DNA of 64,000 nt. It comes from Squalus acanthias (Eukaryota). Positions within the stretch are counted from its first letter, which is position 1. Every line of letters starts with the position of its first letter. The stretch is taken from contig CM059432.1 in NCBI GenBank assembly GCA_030390025.1, forward strand, positions 114,144,001-114,208,000, written 5' to 3'. Of this stretch, positions 11,536 to 24,899 are shown piece by piece. The notes under the pieces are model-generated. The model ran no database searches. It saw only the letters and a list, made by a program, of their open reading frames with translations, and was not told where the DNA came from. A program made the position numbers and the translations under genes.

Positions 11536-13977
11536 ACTTCCTCTAACTTGTACTCCACAGTTCTGGCTATATAGTTCAATATTCTATTGGCTTTGTTGAT
11601 TGCTGCTCTGCATCAGTTGGACATGCTGAGCGTTGAGACTACTAAGATTGCTAGGTTTCTTTCAACTTCATTCTTGGCTATTTCAACACCATTCATGGAG
11701 TACATGTGTCAACCATTTCCCTTACTATGTATAGTAGTTTACACTTGTCTGTATTAAATATAATCTGCCATTGTTCTGCCCACTTACATATTTTGTCTAC
11801 CTTGTAATTACTGCCTCCTCAGATTCTATTGCCCCTCTCCTAATTTGGTATCATCTGCAAATTTGACCAATTATCCTAGGCTATTGCTTCCAAGTCTTGA
11901 TGTAAATTAGAAACAGAAGTTGTCCCAAAAAAACAGTACCTGGGGCAACCCACTCAGTACATCCCCGCCCCCCACCCCGTTGTTTTCTACTCTTCAGCTA
12001 ACTTCGTATCCATATCCAAGATTTACCCTGAATCTCCACAGTTTTGATCTTAACTAAGAGCCTCTCGCGTGGAACTTTGTCAAATGTCTTTTGGAAGTCT
12101 AGCTACGGCAAGTCAAGTTTTTTAAAAACTTCAAAAGCTTTCTGATGAAGAATGCACTTTTAAAACTCTTGGAAAATAGGTGCAGATCCATGGTTTCTCG
12201 TGTATTGAATTTCTCATGTCAACCTAGCTGTATTTCAAAAGCACAGAGTGGAGTGCAGTGAAGTTTAGTATAAATGCTTCCTCACTGAGAAGGAAGGAAA
12301 GAAAATGTTGGTGTTGAGTCAATCTTTGCTGTCTAGCAACTCTTAGATTGATCAAGAGAGGAAATGGAAGCAATGGAATAACATTTTCAGTCGGGAATAG
12401 TGTCTGGACTGAAGCAAGTGGAAGCAGGGAAGAAGAACTAAAAATGGAGACAGATATAGGCCTCAAAGTATTATTACAAAGACTGAGCTGAATAGAGATT
12501 ATTCTTCAATGAATTCTCTGACTTCTGTTGCTGTGGTAACAGCGTAGGCTGTTCTAAGCTTTTATCCTGTCCTAGGTCCTGCCCAATCAGTGATCAAGTG
12601 GTTTTAAGGAAATAGCATCAAAATTGAACATAAGTGTTATGCTTTAAATAATTATGTTGTTTAAAGAACTGAAGTGAAATGGGAATGTTAAAATATGAAT
12701 ACAACTTTGCATCTTTATTTGGGAAGGATTGCGTACATTTACATGATTTAAAAATATATATATTCTTTTTACAAACATCAAGTTGGGAGGATACTGCTAA
12801 TAGCTAATTGAATGTTAGTTACTGAGTGATTATAGCTCTTGACCCAAAGTTGATTAGGCTGCCACAATAAGATTAAATAAAGGCTTCTATCAAATGGTAG
12901 GAAGTAATTCGCCATTCTGATTAGCAAATCCTAAATAAATTTAAAAACTCGTGATAGTTTAAAAATGTTGCATCACTGGGTGGTTTTAATCGATAATCAA
13001 ATCGAATACAAATTGGGATTATTTTACGCAGTTCCTAGCTTTAGACTTGGGACTTGCACTGCTCCAAATAAGCCAGAAATGTAAAACACTGAAAATAATG
13101 TGACTATAAAGAATAACAAATGCTCAGACATTAATGCAAACATGTAGCCAAGAAAAGGGAATTTATACAATGCATTTCAGTGGTGTTCTAGTTTAATTCA
13201 GAAATAAGTCACACGTGATTTCTGAATAAATTAATACCATCATTTTGTTCAGCTTCTCACCCTATCATGTGTGGGTTAGTGCAAAGTCCCTATAATTCCT
13301 TTTGCAAGAGATGGTTTTGTTGCTAGGCAGCCTGCAACTTCCCACTGTGAGACAAGGGATGTGAAAGCTGCAATTTTCTCAGTCCATGTGCTCTGTGGAA
13401 GCTCTCAGGCAAATCATTTACCTAACAGAGAGACAACCAGTGACCCATCACCAATTAACAGAAGCAACATATAAATTTTAAAAATAGACAGAAGAGACAA
13501 GTTTCACTTGAAAGCAAGAACGTTAGTCTTCTCATTTCAGGTATCAATATTATGGTGTTTTAATCATCAGCTGATCATATGAATCCCCTCACAATGATTA
13601 AGACAGCGCTGTTGATGAGGTGACACAAGATAGTCTACATAGTGGCAGTAACAAACAATGCATACAGAACAGTGGTAAGAGTCTTGAGAAAATGGACGGT
13701 AAAGGGTAATGGCAGGGGAAATAAGACAGAGTAAGAAAAAAATTAACGATTCAGCCTCTGCCCATAGCCACAGATGCATGACCCTTATCGTCACTAACAA
13801 TGAACAAATACTGAGCTTTAATGGAGAAGAGAGTTACCTTAACTAGGATAATGAGGAATAGCAACTGATAAGAAAGAGGAGCACATATTTAACTTTTTAA
13901 AAATCTAAATATCTCATAACTCCATATTTATTTCCATTGGACCAAAGATAGATTATATACAAACACTGTTGAATATT

Positions 13978-15673
13978 GGCTGCGATTTTGCTGGCGCTCA
14001 GAGGGCGGGTTCGGAGGCGGGTCCGCTGTCAAAATCGAAATGATTGACAGCAGATTGGAAACCCGCCTCCATGTAAGTTTCCAAAGTGTCGTGTCTGCAA
14101 TTTCAGAACAGACCCGACACCAAGTGGCGGGGGAGGCATTTAAGATAGTTAATTGCTTGATAAACGCTTGTTAACTATTTTGCCAGCCTATTTCTATTTT
14201 ACCACTTTTTTAACGAGGTTCACGTCATTCGGAGATCACGTCAGGTTAAGTTGGGTTTTCTGTGTCTCCCCATTGCTGTGAATAGGTGACAGCTGCAAAA
14301 GTGGTATGAAAGCTACCATTTCACAGCTGTTCACTTTCCAATGTCAGAAGCTTGAGCCTTCAGGACATGGAAGACACTTTTGAGCTGCATGTAGTTTGGA
14401 AGTGTTTGGAGTAAACTCTCTATCCACTGTCGCCTCCTTGGAGCAAGCTCTCTCACCAATGACAGATCACTTCTGTCATCTCAACTTCAGCTGCGGTGCC
14501 CTTGAAAAAATCTCCAGGCACACCAACAACAATACCAACCTTCTCCGCAATCACCTGATGCTGCACAGGACACAGGGCATCAGCACCCGACAACATTGCT
14601 GCCTGGGAGGCCAGCGATGGCATCACCATGGGCAGATTTACTTCACTTGATGCTGTACACCCTGGCTGCCACATGATACACCAGATTGACACCACCCCAC
14701 ACCAGCAACATAAAGCACCCCTACAATGTCTAAGCTATTCCTTTCACACTCATCACAATTGGGGGGGGGAAGTTATGTCTCAACATTCACTGGAACTCAC
14801 TAAGACACTTCCAAAGATGAGCACAGATCTTTCTAAGAAGGTAGAGTGTTGAAAATAAAGATTTCAATGTTTGACAAAACATTAACAGAAAATTTACATG
14901 AACATTGCATAAAACACCCAAATGCCTACCCTTGTGTGTTGTTAGTTGGTATGATTGCACTAGGATGAAGGTGAGTGTGAGGGATGGCTAGTGAGATGGG
15001 GAAGTGATGATGTAGATAGAGAGGGGTGGGTGGAGGTGCAAAGTAAGTTGGTGTGAGTAAAGATGTGCAGGAGTAGGGCATGGAAGGTAGAGTGATAGGG
15101 ATGTGACGAGTGGCACAGCAGGATGAGGTTGAGTGTGGCTTTGCAGTAACGTTTCGTGATCTACTGAGATCATTGAAAGGTTTGTGCCACTGCAGCCTGG
15201 TCCTCCTGACGACATCCCTGCTTGTGCCCTCCTGTGCAATGTGCAACCAGGCTGCGTTGATCTCCTGGGGAGGTTTCTTCTGCCCATGGAAAGGGAAGAG
15301 AACCTCCCTGCGTGCTGTGACTCCCTCCATAAGCATATGGAGGGAGTCATGGGAGAGCCTGGGTGCAGCCGTGCAACTTTGTGCAGTGATTGTCAGTGTT
15401 TGCAACACCTCAATGCTGTAGAACACTGACAGCACAACTGTCAAAATCAATTTGGACAATGGGCCATTTAAGGAAACCGGCTGATGACGCATTATCAAAT
15501 GACGTCATCAGACCCACTTCCTATTAATTGGCCGGGAACCTTGCAGGGAGGGCTTAATAAGCCCTATTAACGTAAAATCACTTGGAGAGTGCGGGCTGCA
15601 GTAGGCAGCGGGCTGGGACCGCGGCACTGACCCCGGCCACCCTGGACCCGCCTCGGTCGGCAGAATCGCGGCC
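13978..15673 (-). mobile_element. Internally deleted PIF/Harbinger transposon with Myb/SANT exon 1 remnant
   Basis: TIRs GGCTGCGATTTT / AGAATCGCGGCC; flanks ATT/GTT. The first ~45 bp match the 35377 terminus of the large Harbinger. Minus-strand APRLSHDSLHMLMEGV..REVLFP..AAWLHIAQE..R..LQWHKPFNDL. Confidence 0.85.
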
Positions 15674-16204
15674 GTTGTCTTTTTTCTATTGTTGAGGATG
15701 CTTGCAATAACTTCACCCCCACTATGAAAATGGTACTTTGCATTACTGAAGCAGGTATCAGACTACTTGAGTCAGTTTGTGCCCTTTGCTCGTGTATTGT
15801 GACAGTTGATTTTTACAACATGAATGGCTCAGCCACCTTATGTATACTATGATAATCGAGCAAGCTGACTCATAGCTTTAAAGAGCTGTAAATGTATTCT
15901 TCATTTGTAATTGGTTGGCGCTAGTCTTATTCTTAACTATTAAATGAACAAAACCTGTTCTATTTCTGGCACGGAAGGCAATGCAAATTCCTTTCTCTCT
16001 CTTTATCTTTGTATTTAAAGATCACCATTACTTTAGAACAAGTACTACCTAGTCTTTGTGCTGAATTTTAAGTAAAAAAATTGAAAGCAATTTGCTGTTT
16101 AGTTGTAACACAATTCCTCACATACGCAGAATATACAATACTTAGCAAGGTGTGTGTGAAAGACACAGAGTAAGTGTGAGACTGAATGAATGAAGCAAAG
16201 AAGT

Positions 16205-16230
16205 TGTGTGTGTGTGTGTGTGAGAGAGAG
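16205..16230. repeat. (TG)n(AG)n compound microsatellite
   Basis: tgtgtgtgtgtgtgtgtgagagagag. Confidence 0.9.
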
Positions 16231-16673
16231 ACACAATCAGCAGTAGAATACATGTTGAAAACATAAGATTGGAATTCTTTGCTCTGTTTGCTATCATATT
16301 TTCATGGAAGTGAAACAGAACCCGTGTAGCTAGCCCGTGCAGCACAGATATTGGCAGAGAGTGCTTCATGCTGGATTAAAATTGCTCTGACATTAATTGT
16401 TACTATCAGTCAGGGAAAAACAGCTTAATATTGTAAGGAACATGAGCTTAATGACTAACTTATTGCTTCTTTGTCCCTCTGCTAGTTAAAAATATACATA
16501 ATTGATGAGCAACGGAGTGTCTAAGGAGCTTTAAATGTATATAGAGGTTTATAGCAGTTTGCACTGATATCATCTGTAATAAGATAATGGAGTTACACCT
16601 TTACTTTAATTTTTATAGTACGTGCCAATCAACAGGTACAGCGGATCAGAGGTTTCTTTGTAAATTTTCTTAC

Positions 16674-16812
16674 CTCCATCATCTTCATCAAAAGAATTCA
16701 TGCATGGGAAATAAACAGCCAAGGCTTCAAAAGATGCAGACAGGCTTATTCGGCTTGGAGACCTCTGCATCCGCAACCCAGCATTTCCAGTGTCTGGCCC
16801 CTGCCTAACCAT
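16674..16812 (-). CDS. RIMS2: RIM2-gamma-specific first coding exon
   Basis: ATG at 16812 with an in-frame stop upstream. Encodes MVRQGPDTGNAGLRMQRSPSRISLSASFEALAVYFPCMNSFDEDDG, then G|GTAAG donor (phase 1). This completes the GAG codon with the exon at 461 and matches the RIM2-gamma N-terminus (MGRQG...SLSASFEALA.YFPCMNS). Confidence 0.9.
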
Positions 16813-17450
16813 CTTGGTCGACCCTCCTTTCGCGCGGTACAGGACACGAGGCGTTTTGGCGGTTGTTCAGAACAGCCCCTAGTAAGAAATATCTGGGGAT
16901 GATTTCCCCGTGCTCTGGGTGGTCAAGGAGATCGCTCCCGTTTTGCTTTGGTGCCACAAAAGCTGCACTTCACAGTTTAATTGGACAAATCAATTCAGCA
17001 GATATTCAGCTTGGATTTTCTGAAGGCACATCCTCTGCATCATTTGGACAGCTGAATGTCCAGACTCTGTTCACCTGTGAATTAAGCAACACTGGAAACG
17101 AAACGCTGCACCACTCCTCCTAAGGCAAATGAAAAAGCCTTGTTGACTCCTCTGCTTGCTCTTCGTCTGGAGTTCTCCGCCTCTTCCTTTACTCTGCTCA
17201 TTGATTCACAAGAGAGTTCTGAGAAGATGCTGACTGGAATGTTGCTGGCTTCTGTGTGCACCAATCAGAGTGTAAGAGGAGGAGAGTATTTTGCACTCTC
17301 CAGCACAAGAGGCAGTCGGTGTTTTGATTTTGTTATCAAGCAGATGATGAGTTCTTTTAGAGAATGAACAGTGACTAAAATGTTGGTCTTGAAGTAATTT
17401 GTTTTTGTAGTTCAGTCACTGACCAAAACCCCTGAAGACATAAAGTCTTT
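16813..17450 (-). promoter_or_regulatory. Probable 5'UTR / internal promoter region of RIM2-gamma
   Basis: Repeat-free sequence immediately upstream of the gamma ATG, locally CpG-containing (16818-16862). The TSS cannot be determined from sequence. Confidence 0.4.
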
Positions 17451-18774
17451 TTTTTGCAAAATAATTGACAAAGAAAACCAGCCTCAGGCAAAATTCTGGT
17501 GCGGAAAATCGCCTGTCAGAACGCACCACTGCAACATATTCAGTTATATTATAACTTCTGTGATTATTATATAATCTTTCTCATTCATTTTTTAAATACC
17601 AAATTATCAAATTTATTTATTTTCTACTCGCTTTGGTGCAATGAAATTCCTCTTTGCGTACGGAAAATGTTACAGTTGTAGGGTTCTTTGTTTGATGTTG
17701 TAATGCTCTTGCAGGGGAATATTACTTTGAACAGTGCAATTCCTGGACGATGGATGATGCTAGAATACATGCACACCTCAAGAACTAATCGGAATGCACA
17801 AATGCTGCTGAGCCATTTAACTGGTATAAAACATGCATTGTTCATAATTCCAATGTTGTGTGATAATGGAGCAGGGGAGGAAGTAAAAGAAAGCATGTTT
17901 CACTGAACAGCCTTTGAAAGTTCTGGTGAAAGCTGCTACAAAGCAGCAAAATGCCCTCTTTGGGGTGGAATTGCATCCCTATAGTCAGAGACTATGCAGG
18001 GCATGAGGAGATACTAAAGAGAGGGCACAATCCACCATCCAGTGGTGCACAATGGTGACAGCTTCCCTGCTGAGCTGACAGGCAGCGATCCCCTGTCAGA
18101 GTAAATTAAGTGTACTGTGGCATGCCCCTACATAAGGAGCTGATGGATGTTTCTGCTCCATCTCTTAAACTCTCTTGAACCTTCTTCTCCTGCTCACTCT
18201 CCTTCAAGATGACTGCTAATGTGGCACTGGATGCTGCACCTGTGCTGTTGTGTACATGAAAATACTGCTCCAATAGTAGTTGTGTGGCTTCTCTGTTAAC
18301 AAGTGCAGTTCATTTAGTACGCACTCTCTCGCCACACAAGAGCACTCCTCACTAACCTAAGTCCAGGTTCGCAAGAGCCAAGACTTATGGATCCCCCAAG
18401 TGTATGTTCAGAGTATTGATAAGCATTGTGCTGCTTGTCTAGTTAGTTGAGTGGTGCATAAATGCCAGTATGGACTGGTTGGGCCGAATGGCCTGTTTCT
18501 GTGCTGTATATTCTATGACTACCTCACCTACTCAAGCCAAGTAAGACGAATCTCAGATCCAGTAACCTGTCTACCTCTCTAGGTCCCATTAATGAATCAG
18601 GCTGGCTGGCCAATTATTAACTGGAGTACTGTGAGCTGACCGGCTCGGGTATTTGGTTATTGAGTTTACCACAGTGAGTTTACTCAGTTCCAATCTTCCA
18701 CTGCCAGGCATCTCATCTTGGTTTCAGCTTGGCCCCAATGAGATCCTGCATACTTCCCCTCTTTCACCCATGAA

Positions 18775-19090
18775 CTAGAAGAACAAATTACATGTAATGT
18801 AGAAAATGTTCCAAAGCACTTCACCAAGGAGAAATGGACACTGAGCAGTAATAGTTGAAAAGTTAAGAGAGATGGTCCAAATAATAGACTTTGAGGAGGC
18901 TTTTAAAGGCAGGAAGGAAGCCAGAGTTAGAGGACAGAAGGACACCAGCTGGGACATAGGGCTGGAGGAGGTTACAGAGGTAAGATGGGAGGAGGGCATG
19001 GAGGGAGTTGTTAATGAGGATGAAGATTTGGTGGACCTGTAGAAGGTTGTTGAGGGCATTAGAGAAGTTGATTGAAGTCATTAGATAATG
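18775..19090 (-). mobile_element. Old L2 LINE 3' fragment
   Basis: ILINNSLHALLPSYLCNLLQPY, similar to the L2 copy at 20101. Confidence 0.6.
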
Positions 19091-19991
19091 GACAAGTGTG
19101 TGTTTGAACTCTACCTAGTCACACAGTACATACAGGTAACTTCCTCAAGGAGCATGGTGAGTAACATAACTCATAAAGCACATTACCAGCATCCTCCATA
19201 CCTAGTGGTTGGGTGCACCCTGTATATGAACACACATTCTCATACACGACCTCCAGTAACACCTACTAGCAGCTGTCATCCCAAGCCTCAGAGTTTCCTT
19301 ATGCAATAATATCTGCCTTAAATATAATGGAATGACTTATGGTTTGCAATGTGTCACCCAGCTTGATATTCTAAATATCCTCATGCAATGCCACCTACTA
19401 GCCTTGCTTGTCACCAACTGCTTAATCCAAGTCCTAATGTGAAAGACTTTGGCAAAGCAATATACTTGCCATAAAGCTGACTCCCCGACCAAGATGCTGA
19501 GCAACAGGCCAGATACCACAGTTAGTCCTGAATCTCTCTCATGTGCTGAAGGAAGCTCTTCCATTGCATGCCTAGAGATTCTGAGCCATAATGGAGACAT
19601 GTTTGAACATGCATCTTATACCCCATAAGCTTAACCTGTATTGTGACTTTGGTGTGATTGAAGGAAAACTGAAAGACCAAAACACCCTGTCTTTACTATA
19701 ACCCATTGGAGTGAAGAGCAACTCAGTACAATGCTCTCTCCTGACCTTGAGGATGTCCTCATAGGTTTGCTGAAGAGCACCAGATTTGCCAGTCATTGGC
19801 ACTAGTCCACAGGCACTCCTTGGACTGATTGGAATAATAATAATAACCATTGAGCTTAGCCAATGGAATAATCCACTCTGGAAAAGGAGAACACATTTGT
19901 TAGCACAAACTCCGCAGATTTCTCTACCTTAATGCTCAATGTGTGTTGGGCTGAGTGTAATGACTGGAGGAATTCATGCCTTTGTTACCTC

Positions 19992-20545
19992 TAGACTTGA
20001 CTATTCCTGGCTGGCCTCCCACGTTCTACCCTCTGTAAACTTGAGGTTATCCAAAACTCTGCTGCCCATGTCCTAACTCACACCAAGTCCTGTTCACCCT
20101 GTGCTCGCTGACCTACACTGGCTCTTGGTTAAGCAATGCCTCGATTTTAAAATTCTCATCCTTGTTTTCAAATCCCTCCATGGCATCGCCCCACCCTATC
20201 TCTGTAATCTTCTCCAGCCCCACAAACCCCCGAGATATCTGCGCTCCTCTAATTCTGGCCTCTTGAGCATCCCTGATTTTAATCGCTCCACCACCGGTGG
20301 CCGTGCCTTCAGCTGCCAAGGCCCTAAGCTCTGGAATTCCCTCCCTAAACCTCTCCGCCGCTTTACCTCTTTCCTCCTTTAAGACACTCCTTAAAACCTA
20401 CCTCTTTGACCAAGCTTTTGGTCATCTGCCCTAACTTCTCCTCTGTGGTTTGGTGTCAAATTTTATTTTATAACACTCCTGTGCAGCGCCTTGGGACGTT
20501 TTACTACGTTAAAGGTGCTATATAAATACAAGCTGTTGTTGTTTT
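19992..20545 (+). mobile_element. L2 LINE 3' fragment
   Basis: LADLHWL.VKQ.LDFKILILVFKSLHGIAPPYL..GGRAFS..GPKLWNSLP, ending in an aaatacaagctgttgttgtt tail. Confidence 0.9.
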
Positions 20546-21758
20546 TGTAGGTTCTGCTGCCCACACAATGAGAGAATAGGAAGGCAATGTGCTCCCATGG
20601 CTTTACTAGTGCTGCTCTATATCTATCACAGGTGACTGTGAACAGAGCAAGGAGACTCACCCTCTAATTTCTGATCCATTCTTGTGAGGGAATGGCCAGC
20701 CTGTCCTTGCCCCCTCCTATCAAACAACACAGCTGAGTTTGGTATAACTGCAGCTATAAACTCACATTCTATTTCCCTGTGGTACACAATAATAATACAC
20801 CAACACACAGAGCCACTACATCATCTTTCTTAAAACAAAATTCATTAAAGGATATATTTAATAGTGTTATTATATAAGAGATTAAAAGATGTATGAATAA
20901 GAATAGTCCATTCAGTCTATCTAGCTCATAAAGTCCATAGTTATCACTTTCACTCCCCTTAGTGCTAAATCCATATCCATTTACTCTTAGTTGAACCAAA
21001 GTTGTTTTTTTCAATGCTGCAAAAGAGTACGTTCTCAGTGTAGTAGCTAAACAGCTAACGCTACACTTAGACTGTACATCTTGCTTTGATGTGACGCATG
21101 TTTTGTGCTGCATAACTGAACCTGCTGAACTTGCGTCGATTCAGCATTTCATGTTGGGTGAAAGACCACCTGGATAGTGATGTGCAGAGTGAATAAAAAC
21201 AGCTAACTAACTCGAGCAATTAAATCGGCCAGAAAGACCTCAGCTGTAACAGCAATAGCGATGATTATCTGTTTACTCCATCAGTTTTGTAATAAAACGG
21301 AACACTGAAAGCTGGAGCAATGGGAATTTAGGCTAATTAAGACAGAATATGAGTATGTCAAAGCACACACACCCAGAAGGATGTGTACCCATCAGTGTAC
21401 AAACTGCATGCTCAAATGCACTAGCACCACTAAATGAAATGTGACTGGCAACCTTTATTGAAGCAGTGTGACTGAATAATATAATTTCACGCTGCGTTCT
21501 CATATCTCTCCAAAAGCAGTACCTGTATCATCCTGTTACCAACACTATAAAGCAGCACAAATGAAGAACTTAAATTAGGCGACTAACTTCTCAAACATGG
21601 CTAATCAGGGTTAAGTTGTTAGATACACTTGTAGTGCTGGTGTTCTTGTGACTGATGACCTGCTTTCAGGTTCCTCCTTCCCCCTCACTGCCCCAACACA
21701 ATTTATATTATCGTCCATACGATGTGCAAAGGAGCTGCTTTTTAAGACGTGTTTAGCT

Positions 21759-22440
21759 CATATGAACATAGGAACAGGAGTAGGCCATTCAGCCCTTCGA
21801 CCCTTGCCTAACAAAAATCTATCAATCTCAATTTTGAAATTTTCAATTGACCTAGCCTTAACTACTTTTTGGGGGAGAGAGTTCCAGATTTCTCGACAGT
21901 ATGTGTGAAGAAATGCTTCCTGACATCACCCCTGAACGGCCTAGCTCTAATTTTAATGTTATGCTCCCTTGTTCTGGACTCCCGCACCAGAGGAAATAGT
22001 TTCTCTCTATCTACCCCATCAACTCATTTAATCATAAACACCTCAATTACATCACCCCTTAATCTTCTATACTCAAGGGAATATAAGCCTAGTCTGTGCA
22101 ACTGTCCTCATAATTTAACCCTTTTAGCCCCGGTATCATTCTGGTGTGGTGCCCAGAACTGAACGTAGTACTCTAAATAGGGTTTAACCAGAGCTTTATA
22201 TAACTGTAACATGACTTCCACCCTTTGTATTCCAGCCCCCTTGTGATAAAGGCCAACATTCCATTAGCCTTTTAAATTATTTTTGTACCTGTCCACTAGT
22301 TTTTAGTGATTTCTGTACTTGGACCCCTAAATTTCCCTGCTCCTCCACAGGTATTAGCTTCTCGCCATTTAGGAAATACTCTGATCTATCTTTCTTGGGT
22401 CCAAAGTGGATGACCTCACACTTTCCACATTGGACTCTAT
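21759..22440 (-). mobile_element. CR1 LINE 3' fragment
   Basis: Reverse-strand CR1 3'UTR plus degenerate ORF2 end (EVIHFG, TRALVKPYLEYYVQFWAP, FFT). Confidence 0.8.
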
Positions 22441-24899
22441 CACTGGGGCTTTTACTTTAATTGCATTCTATAATTCTCTTTCGATGTCGTACATTAGATG
22501 ACACACCAATAGTGAAGCTGCACCAACTGCACCAACGACAGATGTTTCAAGAACTAGACCCGTGGTTTGGTGAGGAGCACAGAAAGAGTTGCGAAACAAC
22601 AGGCAACATATTTAACTAAAGTTCAAACAAACCGTCGTTCACCAAAGTGATGATTAACTGCATTTGAACTGTTGCCTCCAGGAAACAGATACAGTTGCAG
22701 AACCTATTATGGTGCGTGAATCTTTGCTGTTGGCATTGTGTGTGGAATGTCTCAATTTCTTTTTGTTTTGTACAAAAACTTTTATGTACTCCACAGCCAT
22801 ACTATTGATTCCCAGTACAATTAAATGCAAAACATGGATCACACTCCTTCTTTTGTCTTTTTCCAATGAAAATAGACTTAGCTTCCTTAGTCTTGCTCAC
22901 TTAAGGCCTAGTACCACTCTTGCTGCCTTTATTTAAACCCTTTCTATATCTCTCTTTTTTTTGTAAGTGAGATGACTAAAATTAAACATAATGCTGTATT
23001 CCTGCTCTTAATGATGATTTACAGAGTCTGATCATTACTTATTCAATGGATCTATTTACAAATCTTAACATTTTATTTGTTTTGGCAATTGCTACCACAC
23101 ATGAGAACACTTTCAATATACGCCCAACTAACACACCCAAATCATCTTCCTTCTTCACTTTTTTCAATAACATACCCTTCACTGTGTAATTACATTTTCT
23201 ATGTTTTGTGCCAATATTCATCACCTTAAATATTTAACATTATTAATTATAATTAATCCTAATCAGCTATTAGGTTGAATTCTGAGCTCCCGATGAGGAG
23301 CCACACTTGCATGGAGTGTATCATAGGCTTGGCAGGTGATAAAATCATGACCTGCCTGTCCACTACACTACCCCTGAGGATGCCTGCTATTGCTCTGTGC
23401 ATTAAGAGGAACTGCCAACTGTAGCATGAAGGTTTTCCGCCGCACCTCCGGCGAAGTTATGGTGGTGGAGCGGGAGCAGCTCCCACGAAATTCAAGGCCT
23501 TTAATAGACATTGGTGTTTCTGAGTCTGTTTCACCTCAGGCTTTGCCTAAGTAAGAATTTCGAAGGGTCTGATTTTGAGGCTGAAATCTAATCTTTGGTT
23601 ATAATACTGGTCATAACCTACTTCATGCACAGTTTATGCTGTCATTTGGACCCTGCTGATAATGTGACCGACTCACTGCCATCATTCTCTGTAACAATGT
23701 TCTGATTTATTTTTATTTTTTAAATTGTCATCCCTCAGGATTCAATGGTATTATATTATGCGTATAAAACAAAGAATTTTTTGTATTCAAAGTATAAATA
23801 AACTGTGATTTATTTTTTTTACTCTCAGTACTATCCTTATCTTAATTTTATCTGAATACTTAATATCGTTTGGCTCCTGCATTTTTCTTTTTGAAATACC
23901 CATGAGATTCATTTCTTTAACACGTAATAAAAATGTTAGTGAGTGAGGGCTAAACTGAGTTACTGATCTCAACCACAGTGCTGTAAAAAGTTGCTGAGTA
24001 GAAAGTGGGTGACCTGGGCAGGAGATAAAAAAAATCAGAACAAGAGCTCTCACCATGAACCTCAGATGCCAGCTCAGCAATGCCACAGGCTGAGACCCAA
24101 GAACAGCTCTCCTCTGCCCATCTCTCTGCCTTCTGGCCACAGAAATTGCTCCACCTGCTGACACCAGAATGTTGTGATGGGGGGTGTAATTACAACTGAT
24201 GTACCAAAAAGGAAAAACAAAAAGCCCAAATCACTTAGACCATTCAAACTTTGACTTCCCAACGTGCGGCAAATCTGTTTCAATTGGTTCCTTACACCCA
24301 TCGAGTAAAACCATTTTGCACTGTGCAAATTGACAAAAAATGTGAAGGGAGAACATATTAATCAGGGATAGGTTTAAAGAAATAATTAAAGTCTGTTCAT
24401 CCAGTCCAACATCACAATCGGATTTGATATTCCTCTCTCCCCTTTTAAATGTCCCCAAGACATCAATAAATGTTACTTGCATGCAAACTGGCTGACTGAA
24501 AGGAGGGCAAGATGGCTGCAGCAAAAGCAGTGACTATTTTTTGATAGTGTTAAGTACATATCACACACAAAACCTGGTCAATACTTCCTGATCACTGAAT
24601 GTGTGCTAACAGTATATATTTTAAGAAGGGAACATACTGGGAGATGATGCGTGAAAACGGTAAAAAAAATTCAGAAGTCATCACCACAGTCAGAGACTTT
24701 GGAAACAGAGGAGACAGTCAATATATTACAAAGGTAGTTTGACAGGCTTAGCAGCTGAAGTGATCAGCAGCAAATTAAGTTCACTTTGGAAAAATACATT
24801 GTAATGTATATTGGAAGCAAAAATAGCCCATGGGTTAGATAAAACCTGGCAACAGAGAAATTAAAAGAGATCTTGGATGCTGCTGACTTGTCACTCATT

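Larger units (their letters stand above)
8005..12110 (-). mobile_element. Old CR1 fragment, split in two (8005-8346 and 11536-12110) by the LINE at 8347-11535
   Basis: DIQALETMQRKATRLI on the left part; FADDTKLG-type and AFDKVP-type remnants on the right part. The two flanks are collinear CR1 sequence. Confidence 0.7.

Noticed and set aside
16606..16812. Assignment to RIMS4, RIMS3 or RIMS1
   Set aside because: The SLSASFEAL motif also occurs in RIMS4, but the MVRQG start and the downstream EAGGKKLRST..RESTDGSMNSYSSEG match RIM2 best. The ORF-track tail GKKIYK.. is intron read-through.
17082..17367. Short ORFs upstream of the gamma ATG
   Set aside because: No recognisable homology, and not in frame with the gamma exon. 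At most a uORF, unsupported.
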